From Eledone cirrhosa (Eukaryota): DNA of 64,000 nt. A program made the position numbers and the translations under genes. A model generated the notes under the pieces. That model made no database searches. It was given only the letters and a program-made list of their open reading frames with translations, and was not told where the DNA came from. Each line of letters starts with the position of its first letter. Positions within the stretch are counted from its first letter, which is position 1. Positions 53,429 to 64,000 of this stretch are shown piece after piece. Location of the stretch: assembly GCA_964016885.1 (NCBI GenBank), contig OZ024743.1, positions 263,066,001 to 263,130,000 of the forward strand, given 5' to 3'.

Positions 53429-55159
53429 GCGTTCAATATTATAATAATTTGTTGATGAGTGGATCTCCATGGATGACTGAGTGAAGTCAATGCAACCTAT
53501 ATTTACTTTAAATTGTCGCAGGTAATGATTTTATGTAGAACGTAGACGAGTAACGAGGTGTTGAGGAATGCAGTTCTATTGAAAAATGAATGGGAGAAGT
53601 ATTTATTATAGGGTTATCTGATAGTTAAATGGAGTAGGGTGATGAACTGAGAGGTTTGGTTGAAGTCAATAAGTTTATAATGGTAGACTTAATCCTCCGG
53701 CAAAGTCATATGCACTAACATTTCTACTGTAAATTATCAACAAACAACTGAAAAGAGAAATCCAAAGTACAGAGGATTAGAAGCTAGAGAGGGAATACAA
53801 CTTAAGCGTAAAGTAATGTCTGTAGAGTACTGGCTATTGCTGGGTTGTAACTATTCTGTAGAGTAGAACTTTATTATAGTGATTTAAAAAAAAATAGTTT
53901 CCAGCTGCTTAGACTAAAATTATTTATTATCTTGGTCTGGATCAGTTCAATTGAATAAGAAATCCCACCTTCGAGTTGCAGCTGTTGGGCTGCAATTGTA
54001 AAACAGTAAAATAGACAAACCCAATAGGTTTCATATATGTTGGTTCCCACTAATCCTGAACAACAACTTATTTGATGTTACGCAATGATCTCAACTACAA
54101 AACTTCACTTATAAATATTTGCCACATATGCAATATTTGGGCCACATATGCATTTGTTGTTAATGCTTGAAACTAATCCTATTGATGACACACAAATTGA
54201 GGCTTGGGGTAAGATTAACACAAACATTTCTCTATTAACAACATAACCACTTGATGTAGAAACTGCGGAGGAACTACTTGAAGGCAACAGGAAGCCTTTA
54301 CGTTGACTCTCGCCTGTTAGAAATAGCAGCCAAACCTTCCTCAAATCACATCTTATCATCTTAAATAAAGGAAAAAGGCACATGTATCAAGAATAATTTA
54401 GTCCTCGATGCATTATATCGTTGTAGGACAATGGAATGCGAATACATTTTCTACATATCACAAGACATTGACTGAGACCCATTCGAGTTTCACAAAATGT
54501 AGATACAAGCATTTCTATTTGGCGTTAAGAAATATAAACGGGATGCTGATGGTTTAAATGTCTTTGATCATCATAAGTCCTCTGTATGAGGGTAGACCTG
54601 AAGCTCAATGTCAACAACAACAGCAGTTGCTGCAAAGATACTGGAACTTTTAAACGCGGTCTTAACAGCTAGAAATAAAGTTTACAACACTGACTCAATA
54701 AAGAATCGCATACAGTCACTCAAACCTCGAGGTAGTGTTTTTATTGATTAATCAGTAGGAATGGACAGTCTCTTTGGCCCTTTTCTGTGCCTCGGAGACT
54801 ACAACAAAGTGGACTCCATTAAAGGTGAGTATTCAAGAACCGGGTGGTGGTGTTAATCGGACAATTAAGTTTGCCACCCAAGCAGGCCTTGGCAGGTTTG
54901 ACCTCAGAACGTAGAGTGGGAAAATACTGCAAGGCATCCGACACTACAATGAATCCGCCAGACCACCGCCCTAGACTAGTATTGTGTAATGAAAATTTGT
55001 TTTATCAGAGAGAGAGAGGGAGAGGGAGGGAGAGAGAGAGAGAGAAGTGAGACAGAGGAAACTCCATGGATCTTGGTAAGAAGAGAGAAAGAGTTATCCT
55101 TAGACTTGCAATTTGTCCTGTATCCTTGTAACTTCCTGGATGTGACTAAAGTCATGTAA

Positions 55160-56990
55160 AAACCAGGTGGCGGTGCCTAGTTGAAGCGACGGATTAAGCA
55201 ATTTTACAGAATTACAATTGTTAGTGAAACTCCGGCTGTTTATCTCCATTAATATGTCACTCATTGAGCTATTTAGTATTCACCGTATACACCAAGTTTT
55301 ACTACAACGCAGTTACTAGTCGTAGACACAACCATAAGAACACAATCATTTACATCTTCATTTCTCTAACTTTCATTCCTAGTGAAACCCATCAAGATAT
55401 ACGCGGCTCGTTAAATAACATTCATTCATTTAATTTTTTTTAATCCGTTCATTCATATTAGATTTTATCTTCAGACAGACAGAAAACAGAATTTAAATAT
55501 CGATTTCTCTTGTCTACATTCTTCTGTCTTGTAGGTATTTATTGATCTAGTCGACATTGATCATCATCATCGTCGTCATGTGTGTGTGACAGTATATTGA
55601 GAACAGGATGTGTTTATTTCGTTGACATTATGTGTTTACTGTCTCGATAATGTTCAGTCGTCTTCTAGTTGACATCAACAGAACTGACTCTACAACAGAC
55701 ACTAATACAACAACATAAACAAGAGTGTGGGAAACCATGAGGTCACGAGGAATCTTCAATGTAGAGGTTGTTCCTTCCAGAAATAGCAACCAAATATCTC
55801 TTAGACCACACTCTATCATCTTTTTAAAAACGACATACTGAACATTGCAGTCTAACCCAGAGTATATTATGTTTGGGGATAGAGGTCAACATACTATTCT
55901 CTATTGATAACATGATGTAGAAACTGAAATTACTAACTACTCGGAGTGAATGAGTTTGGCTCTACGTGGACGCTCGATTTTCTAGAAATACAAGCCAAGC
56001 CCCTCACAAATTACCTTAATCGACTTAAAGAGGAGATGTATAAGTAGGATAGTATAGTTCTCGATACATTATAGCATTGTAAGACAATACAGAATGTGAA
56101 TGGAGTGAAACTAAGCCGCTAATCCGAGGGGCACTGAATGTTGTCCATATAAACACTTCTCTTTCGGCAATAAAGAATGTAAACAAGTTGATGGCAGATA
56201 GAACGATCTACTAATTTAGGGTTAACTTGGAGAAAAACAACAACAACAACGACGACGACGACAACAACAACCACAACGACAACAACAACTGTTACTTTTC
56301 AACTAGCCCTCGTCAGCCAAAACTAAAGTTTTCAATAGTGGAGCAACTTCAAGGTATTCTGTATTTGTCTAAAACAGAAGGTGGTGTGTGATGTAAATTT
56401 CTTAATTTCATTTATCTTCTTGTTAGAGGAAGAAGAGCAGCAAATATGAGCATTTTCAGAGGCTCTAGGACGGTCGATAAACAGGATGTTATTGTCATGC
56501 TGGAGACTAGGCTCAAATATTTGTAAAGAACATTCAAGGGCCAAATGGTGGTGCTATTTGAGGGACGGATTAAGTTAACCAACAATTATATAGACCTACA
56601 ATTGTTAGTGAAACTCCGACTGTTTATCTCCATCAATATGTCCCTCATTGAGCTATTTAGTATTCACCAAGCTTTACTCAACTCAGTCACCAATCCTAGA
56701 CACAAACATAAGAACATAATCGCTTACATTTTCATTTCTTTAGCATATTTCTAGTTCAACTCACCAAAATATACGTGGCTTTTTAAAATAGCATTAATTC
56801 ATCTAGTCATTTTTTTCTTCATATCAGATTTTACTTTCTGATAGACAGAAAACAGAATTTAAGAATCGATTTCTGTTGTGTACGTTCTCCTGTCTTTTAG
56901 GTTTTTATTGATCTGGTTGATATTAATCATCATCGACGTTGTCATCTGTGTGTATCTAAGTCAATATCAACAGGACGTGTTTATCTCATT
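55160..56990 (+). repeat. Diverged direct duplication of about 450 bp (55160-55630 and 56545-56990)
   Basis: Shared acaattgttagtgaaactccg..gagctatttagtattcacc..gacagaaaacagaattta blocks. Confidence 0.8.
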
Positions 56991-57374
56991 AGCATCTTAC
57001 AGACATTGACGACATTCTTCTGTCAACATCTACAGAACCATTTGCTTTGTAGGAGTCACAAATGGAGTGCTTCTGTCAGATTTACAATACGTATAACAAT
57101 AATAAGGAATTTATCTAGTTAACAAGAGACCCCTTATACATGCTTATGGTCAAGTCGTCTTTAAACCAAACACTAATGTTTTAAAAGAAACATATTGCAT
57201 AAAGTAGTTCGAGGTATATTATTCCCGGAAAAAATAAGATAAAATAAAGACGGGCTGATCATGACTCAAAAGTCTCTGATCATAGGTCTGTTTGATGAGG
57301 CCCGAACCGAGGTAGACAATAATAAAAGAACAACAGTAACTCTGTGGTTAACGCCACTATTTATCTAGCCAATA

Positions 57375-57470
<96 letters not shown>

Positions 57471-57620
57471 AGGGAGTCTTGGAGATACTGTAGGTTCACC
57501 CGGGTGAGCACTCGATGTTTAGGTTCACTTCAGTGTCGAGGCGTAGAGCTAGAAAGAGTGTATTATAGTGAAATAAGATAACAAGGACGATTGGTTACTC
57601 CTTCATTACGTTTATTGATT

Positions 57621-57708
57621 GGTGACGCGCGTTTCGCCACTGATCAGCTCAAGGTTTCGATCTGTATCGATCTGACCCAACTCTGTAATCCACGGCTCGT
57701 CAGACTCC
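57621..57708 (-). ncRNA. Hammerhead with an expanded (about 60-nt) stem II domain
   Basis: Minus strand: gu-CUGACGA-GCCGUGGAUU..GAUCAGUGGC-GAAA-cgcgcg-UC-ac; palindromic ACGCGCGU. Confidence 0.7.
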
Positions 57709-57744
57709 TTGTAATGTTAATGGAAAATATATGTATATATATAT

Positions 57745-57831
57745 GAAAAGAGTCAGGACCCCGACGGCTGAGCTCCGGCCGTTTCGACAGCAAACGGCCA
57801 GACCTCAGCCGTCGGGGTCCTGACTCTTTTC
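57745..57831. repeat. Palindrome made from a hammerhead 3' half (family of 46980-47088)
   Basis: gaaaagagtcaggaccccgacggctgag..ctcagccgtcggggtcctgactcttttc. Confidence 0.78.
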
Positions 57832-57915
57832 CTATTACCCACTCTACTACCCATAGTATCGATCGAGTACTCTGGTGCGTTATGATCCACCTGGTTCCTC
57901 ACCACATTCCTTCGT

Positions 57916-57968
<53 letters not shown>

Positions 57969-58017
57969 TAAAACATGTCTATAGAATCACCAGATAAAAT
58001 ATATACCATTTCCTCTC

Positions 58018-58075
<58 letters not shown>

Positions 58076-58275
58076 GAAATAATGTTAAGACATGTTATGT
58101 TTACATAATTGTATTTATTGCATTATACGTATTTCAATGCCATGGTGGGTAGTAATTATGTAATGGTTACATCATTAACAGGCACCAATGTAATATTATT
58201 GGAAGTGGTTACGTTGGTCTGTTGGAATGTCACAGGTAAAGCAGTAACAACCTGATGTAAATCAAGCGAACACAC

Positions 58276-58306
<31 letters not shown>

Positions 58307-58894
58307 TACACCCACACATACATACACTCTTTATCTCTCACACACACATATATATATAATACAAAATGAGAAACACAGAGATACAAAAACATTTAGTCAT
58401 ATTAGGGTCACGCTTTGGATGAAAGAGAATAAATGTTCGATGTGTCGGGTGTTAGTCCTTCATCAGGAGAGTACAATCGTTCAGAGATTATAAAATAAAT
58501 AAACACATAGACGGATGGGGAGGGGGTAGTGTGAGTGTACGTGCCACCTTTACAAGTGGTGCTCGGCGAATAATTTCTCGTGTTACAACTTCAAAGACAT
58601 TAGATATTACTTAATTTTGTTATTTAGAAGTCCAAGTTACATACGAAGAAGGAAAGAACTGTTGAAATATGACTTTGAATACATTGACCCAGTACGATGT
58701 TTATAACAACGAAGTTGGGCTTAAGTTACTTGGTAGTTTAGTTGAAAAAGATAGAATTTGCAACATACCTATTACTTATGCAAATCTGTATGTCTGTAGT
58801 CCAACGAAATTTCTTAATAATGTATAGATAAGTGTGTGTGAGTGTGTGAGTGTGTGTGTGTGTGTGCATGTGCGTGTGTGTGGGTTTGTTTATT

Positions 58895-58930
<36 letters not shown>

Positions 58931-59009
58931 GTTGTGTTTGTGTGTGTGTATAACTTTGATAACTTGGATAGGTTTTGGCCAAGTCTTTAGATTATGGGTT
59001 AAAAATATG

Positions 59010-59395
59010 GTCATACTTTGAACACCGTGGCCAACTCTAGTAAAGAGTTCTTGTTTTCAGAGACATATCCGGTGTAGAGGGTCTTGGAGGAATTTGTCCA
59101 GGGAAGATTTGAATATTGTGGGATCTGTTTCTGTCTTGATGTGTTTCGGTATGATATTAAAGAATGTGGGACCAATTGAGGTAAAGCATTTGTGTCGTAT
59201 CGTTACTATAAGATGGAGTTTGATTTTTGAAGTGGGCGGATTGGGTAGCTTTTAAAGGTGGGGCCAACATCATTGGGGCAATATTGTTGGCACATTTTCC
59301 TCATCAGACAGATGATGTAGCGCCCACGGCGCCGTTGGGAAGAGTAGAGTCTGAATATTTCTAGTCGACCTCAATAGTCAAGGCTTGTCATACCG
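59010..59395 (-). pseudogene. 3' fragment of a CR1/L2-group LINE
   Basis: Minus-strand LDY*GRLEIFRLYSSQRRRGRYII and FKSSLDKFLQ; plus-strand copy of the tail near 59510-59580. Confidence 0.7.
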
Positions 59396-59870
59396 TCTAT
59401 CGATTTTGTAATTGACCTTTGGGTGCTTCAATTTTCATAATACTTTGTTTCGTGGGAGGAGGCCACACACACATACACACACACATATACGTATATATAT
59501 ATGTATATAAACCCTCTACACCCAGATATGTCTCTGAAAACAACAACTCTTTATTAGAGCGGGCTACAGTGTTCAAAGTATTAATATTATTATTACTATT
59601 CGAAAAACTTAGATTACATTTATTGTATTCAGCCATGTAGAGCGATAAACTATTTGTTTGTTATTTGAATATGGCAAAGCAGGCCACTAATCGTTCGTAT
59701 ACATGAAACTCACTGTTAAGTCTGCTGATGTGTTAATCTGGTTGCTCAGTGGGTCTGCTAATATGCAGATCAGACTGATCAGGCAGTCTGCTAATATGCA
59801 ATCAGGCTGATCATACAGTCACTGTATATTTAGAAAATATCATGTATTTTCACTAGCTCTGACAGTTGGC

Positions 59871-59917
59871 ACTGCACTGATGAAGGGTAATCACATAGAA
59901 ACATTAGTGTCTGCAGT
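59871..59917 (+). ncRNA. Hammerhead motif with a decayed stem II
   Basis: acugca-CUGAUGA-aggguaaucacaua-GAAA-cauuagug-UC-ugcagu; perfect 6-bp stem I. Confidence 0.62.
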
Positions 59918-60066
59918 TCTGATTACATGTCAACACAAGTGCAAGAATGACGAGGTCATTCTACTGATATGGTTTTAAAGAGGCTGTTTGCATAATTGTA
60001 AACGAATCAAATATTATTATTAATAATAACTCAGAAGAAGCCATGTAGAGCGATAAAATATTTGTT

Positions 60067-60109
<43 letters not shown>

Positions 60110-60299
60110 ATACTTGGGGAGGTTCATATTGTTGTAATAATATTGCCAGAAATAATAACAGAACACACTCACTGTTTAGTTGGTTTTCGCTTCTGTATCT
60201 TTTATATCTCCACAGTTGCTTCATTTGGTCCTCAATGTTTATCATTGACTGACCAACGGTCAAAAATACAGATATAATATAGATATAAACACATATATA

Positions 60300-60351
60300 T
60301 AGTCTAACAAAGTTCTTTCGTTGCACATCTGCAACATCATCAGTGGTACTA
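60300..60351 (-). ncRNA. Minimal hammerhead in PLE2 pLTR
   Basis: Minus strand: ca-CUGAUGA-u-GUUGCA-gaug-UGCAAC-GAAA-gaac-UU-ug. Confidence 0.68.
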
Positions 60352-60589
60352 CTATGTTCCTCCTGTTGTATTGTGTGTCTACGCCATTTTTTATTTTATC
60401 TGTTTATTTATTTATTTTTGTCTTCTGTGCGCATGCGTTTGCTTGTGTGTATAGTGTTTAGTGTGTTTTTGCGTTTGGGTGACTGTGTTTTGGTTATTGT
60501 ATTCTATCTTAGTTTACTAGTGTGTGTTTATATGTGTTTGTTGTTATTGTGCTTGTGTATATATTTATTTATTTATTTATATTTCTCTT

Positions 60590-62980
60590 AAGTTAGTATT
60601 GTTTGTTTGGGTGTTGTTGTTATTCCATTCATTTTTTTCTGCTTAGATTTGGCCTTCTAAGCTCTATTTCGCTTGCCTCTCTGATTTGCCTATCTGCTGG
60701 GTCATTTCTATGTTTAGATATTATTTTAATTTCTATGTTGTCTATGTTACCGTCATATTGTTGTCTGGTGTGTTCGTATAGTACTGAACCGTTTTTTTCG
60801 CCCTTGTAATTCCCCCCAGTGTTGGTTTATTCCTTCTCCTATGCTTCGAGCTGTCTCGCCTATGTATGTTGTTGTCATGTTTCTGCAAGTACCCTCTATA
60901 CATCTTATGCTATAGACTACGTTTCTAGTTTTACAGTTTATCTGCGGCGGGTTTACTTTACATATAACACATTTCCTATTAGTACAGTGGGTTTTCTTAA
61001 AAGGGTATGTTTTGCTGATCAGGGATTTTATGGTAGTTCCTGGCTTTTCTACCACTTTAATCTTTAAGTGGGTCTTTCTCAGGGCTTTTCTACACTGGTT
61101 AGTTAATTTCCCTCCAGGGGTAGCGTCCACGAACATGACACTCTGGTATCTCTGGTTGTCCTACCATGAGGTGGCTTTCCCTATCTATGTTTAGTCCTAT
61201 CTAAGCTATTCCATGATTTGCTCCTCCTGTATAATGGGCAAATTCCTTTCATGTCCAGTTCTATGAGGGTTTTATACTTCTCCGTGACTCCTTTGTATAC
61301 TCTGATTCTGTCTCTTTGGTTGTAGCCAGAGAACTGCATGCGGTTGATGAAGTGTTGGATGTGTCTTTCCATTTCTGTTGGGTCGCACATGCGGGACACG
61401 TTCTTCATCACTAGTACCAAGTTTGCGATCAGAATATTAAACTTAGCACTACTGGACATTGCTGAGTTTTTGAGTATAAGGTATTTGGAGGCCATGGGTT
61501 AAGCGTAGTGTGAGTGGAGAATTTGGGCCCTCTCGTCTATAGTGTTAATCCAGAGTTCCGTTTCTAATACAGGTAGTCTACTGTTAGGGTGTTTGGAAGG
61601 GTAGTCGATAGTTACAGTTATACTCTGGTGTATGGAGTTAGCTATCTCCTGGATGCTTTCCATTGTGCTACATTCTAAATCATATTTGTTAATACTCTCT
61701 TGTGGAGATGTCCTTATTACTATATTGATGTCGTCCTCGTAACGAGAGTACATGATGAGGTGTATGGAGCTCTCATCAAGGAGATCTTTGAGTCTCCTTT
61801 CCCACCATACCAGAAAAAGGTTGGCAACGTCACCAGCTATGCTGACCTCATTTTGGGTGTAGATCTTTTCGTTGAATTTGAATATGTGGCCCTTTAGGGT
61901 AGTTTTAATACTAGCCCCTATTGCATGCGTGACCATTTTTCTTACCTGATCATTGTTTTGGGGGGTCCGTATGGCTTTGGTCCACCCAATCCACCTTACC
62001 ATGGAAGTCCTTTTTGCCATTGAGGTTATGGTGTGTGTGGGGGGGGGGGGTCTACCTCTTATGGGTCTACAGGGGCAGAAACGGCTAAGGTCACGGCTGT
62101 CTAGGTACTCGGTGTCATAGGTAAGTCTAAGTAGGAGGCCCAGTTCATCTGTGTCGACGTCGCAGAACTCCACCTTACTCTCACTGATCATCTCCACTCA
62201 TTTTCCCACAGCAAAATCAATGTTAATGGATGTGTGTAGTGATACCACGTCCATACTGCCTATTATGCAGTTAGATAGGTTTTTGTTTTTGTTGCACTCA
62301 TTGATTCTGCTGAGGAGGTCCTCTGTACTGTCACATACATCTGGGGACATCTTGATTATGGAGCGTATAATCATTGAGAGGAAGTAGGAGATCCTGTAGT
62401 TGCTAGCGATATTGGCTCCGCATACAGGTCTTGTTGGTGGTCCTGTTGTCGGGTCGTCGACTGTCTTATTTTCTTTGCGGAGCCCATACAAGGGTGGTAT
62501 GTCATTGTTAGACGCCTAGAAGTTGTTGGCAGTGCGTCTGCTTGGCTTTAGAATGTCGGTCCACATCATCATATGAGCGTTGAGGATCTTCTCTCTCCCC
62601 TCATGTGTTAGTTTTGTAATTTCGCTCGTGTTGGTGATGTGGGGTTGCATAGCCTTGATGTAGTTTGGCATGCTGTCTATCGACATCCTACCAGACTTAT
62701 CTGTGGGTAGACACACTACCACACCATCCCTTGTGCGCTGATTGAGGCTAACTAAGCCTTCTACAGGTTTCCTTCCAAGTTCTTGGACCTCTGGTCTGCT
62801 TTGCCTCTTAGTATATTGGTCTGCTATTTGTCTAATCTTATTTCTAGCTATGGTGAACTGTGCCTCTGTCCCGTCATCTATTTGTTGTGGTATACAAAAC
62901 CTTTTATTAAAGGGTAACCTCGTAGGATAAATTTTACTCATCTTATATGTTTTGTCAGCTGGGTTGAAGAATAGTTTCTC
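60590..62980 (-). pseudogene. PLE2 RT + GIY-YIG, several frameshifts
   Basis: ORFs 62516..62941, 62198..62491, 61499..62197, 61181..61495, 60753..61136. Confidence 0.9.
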
Positions 62981-62996
62981 TAAGGGGTTGTCATTT

Positions 62997-63175
62997 TTGG
63001 CAGTATCGGTAGAGCGTCAGACACCATGTTTTGCAGCATAGTTATGGCCCTTTGCGTTCTGAGTTCAAATCCGCCGAGGTTAACTTTGCCTTTCATTCTT
63101 GCAGGGTCGATAAAATAAAGTACCAGTAATACACTGGGTAATTGCTGGCCTTGTGCCAAAAGTAGAAACAATTAT
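62997..63175 (+). mobile_element. Meta-domain SINE in PLE2
   Basis: tggcagtatcgg..gagttcaaatcc..gtagaaacaatt. Confidence 0.85.
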
Positions 63176-63552
63176 GTCTATCGTCATAGTTGTGTGTGTT
63201 GCTATTATTGTTATTATAGTTGTTGTTGTTCCTACCATTAACATTATTATTATATTGTTATGATTGTTAGATGTATTGTTGTTGTTTTCTCTATTGCTAT
63301 TGTTGTTGTTACTGTTATTTCTACCATTGTGGTTGTTACTTTTATTATTATGTTTCTTGTTTTTGTTGTTGTTGTGTTTGTTTTTGTGTCTATCATTAAT
63401 GTTGCTACACGTATAATTTCCATTATTACTACTGTGGTTATTGTTGTTGTTACTCGTATTATTTCCATTATTACTACTGTGGTTGTTGTTGTTATGTCTA
63501 TCATTAATGTTGCTACTCGTATTATTTCCATTATTACCATTATTTCCATTAT

Positions 63553-63740
63553 AAGGGCGGTGGATTGGCAGTATCGGTAGAGGGTCGGACGCCATGCTTT
63601 CCAGCATAGTTACGTCCCTTTACGATCTGAGTTCAAATCCCGCCGAGGTTGACTTTGCCTTTCATCCTTACGGGGTCGATAAAATAAAGTACCAGTAATG
63701 CACTGAATAATTGCTGGCCTTGTGCCTAAAGTAGAAACAA
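63553..63740 (+). mobile_element. Meta-domain SINE in the PLE2 Asn-rich linker, with TSD
   Basis: Full-length copy flanked by attatttccattat. Confidence 0.87.
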
Positions 63741-63803
63741 TTATTTCCATTATTACCACTGTGGTTGTTGTTGTGTCTGTCGTTAATGTTTCCATTATTA
63801 TTA

Positions 63804-63836
63804 CTAGCTGACGTACCCAGCTTCGCTCGGGTAAAC
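63804..63836 (-). mobile_element. Helitron-like 3' terminus (element runs off the window)
   Basis: Minus strand: acccgagcgaagctgggt hairpin followed by CTAG. Confidence 0.6.
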
Positions 63837-64000
63837 AGATGATAAGAGAAGACAGGTAAAAGAGAAAATGACTGTATTGGATGTTTGTCTGGTTACAGTA
63901 TGAGGCGAGTCCGTGGAGTCCGTGTGATACAAAAAACAGTAAAAAAATCTTCCAGATATACCAGATTCTTCGTTGTACCGTTTGTGCATAGTATATGAAC

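Larger units (their letters stand above)
60101..63803 (-). mobile_element. Penelope-like element family 2, 5'-truncated in the Asn-rich linker
   Basis: RT (TDKSGR, YGLRK, RPVCGA, GSMDVVSL, RYEDD), GIY-YIG, pLTR with HHR; ends in (TA)n. Confidence 0.92.

Noticed and set aside
56290-56325. Minus-strand CUGACGA-gggcuaguu-GAAA
   Set aside because: No convincing stem I or stem III

Overview
Eukaryotic, repeat-saturated, apparently gene-free DNA, most likely from an octopod cephalopod (inferred from the tRNA-derived Meta-domain SINEs and the dense AT/CA/GA microsatellites). No intact host gene is visible. It contains three Penelope-like element (PLE) families as disrupted RT and/or GIY-YIG copies, two Tx1/L1-like LINE pseudogenes, a mariner remnant, a CR1/L2-like fragment, many SINEs, MITEs and Helitron-like ends. 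The main signal is invisible in the ORF track: about 30 type-I, mostly minimal hammerhead ribozyme (HHR) motifs from roughly a dozen sequence families. These include a near-perfect 464-bp tandem array (42.7-46.9 kb) with one HHR per unit, i.e. a candidate non-LTR retrozyme / circular-RNA source. About ten HHR-bearing elements share the same head-to-head inverted layout as the PLEs, and many end in (TA)n, suggesting a PLE-mobilised family of ribozyme RNAs. All motifs were folded by eye; none was tested computationally or experimentally.
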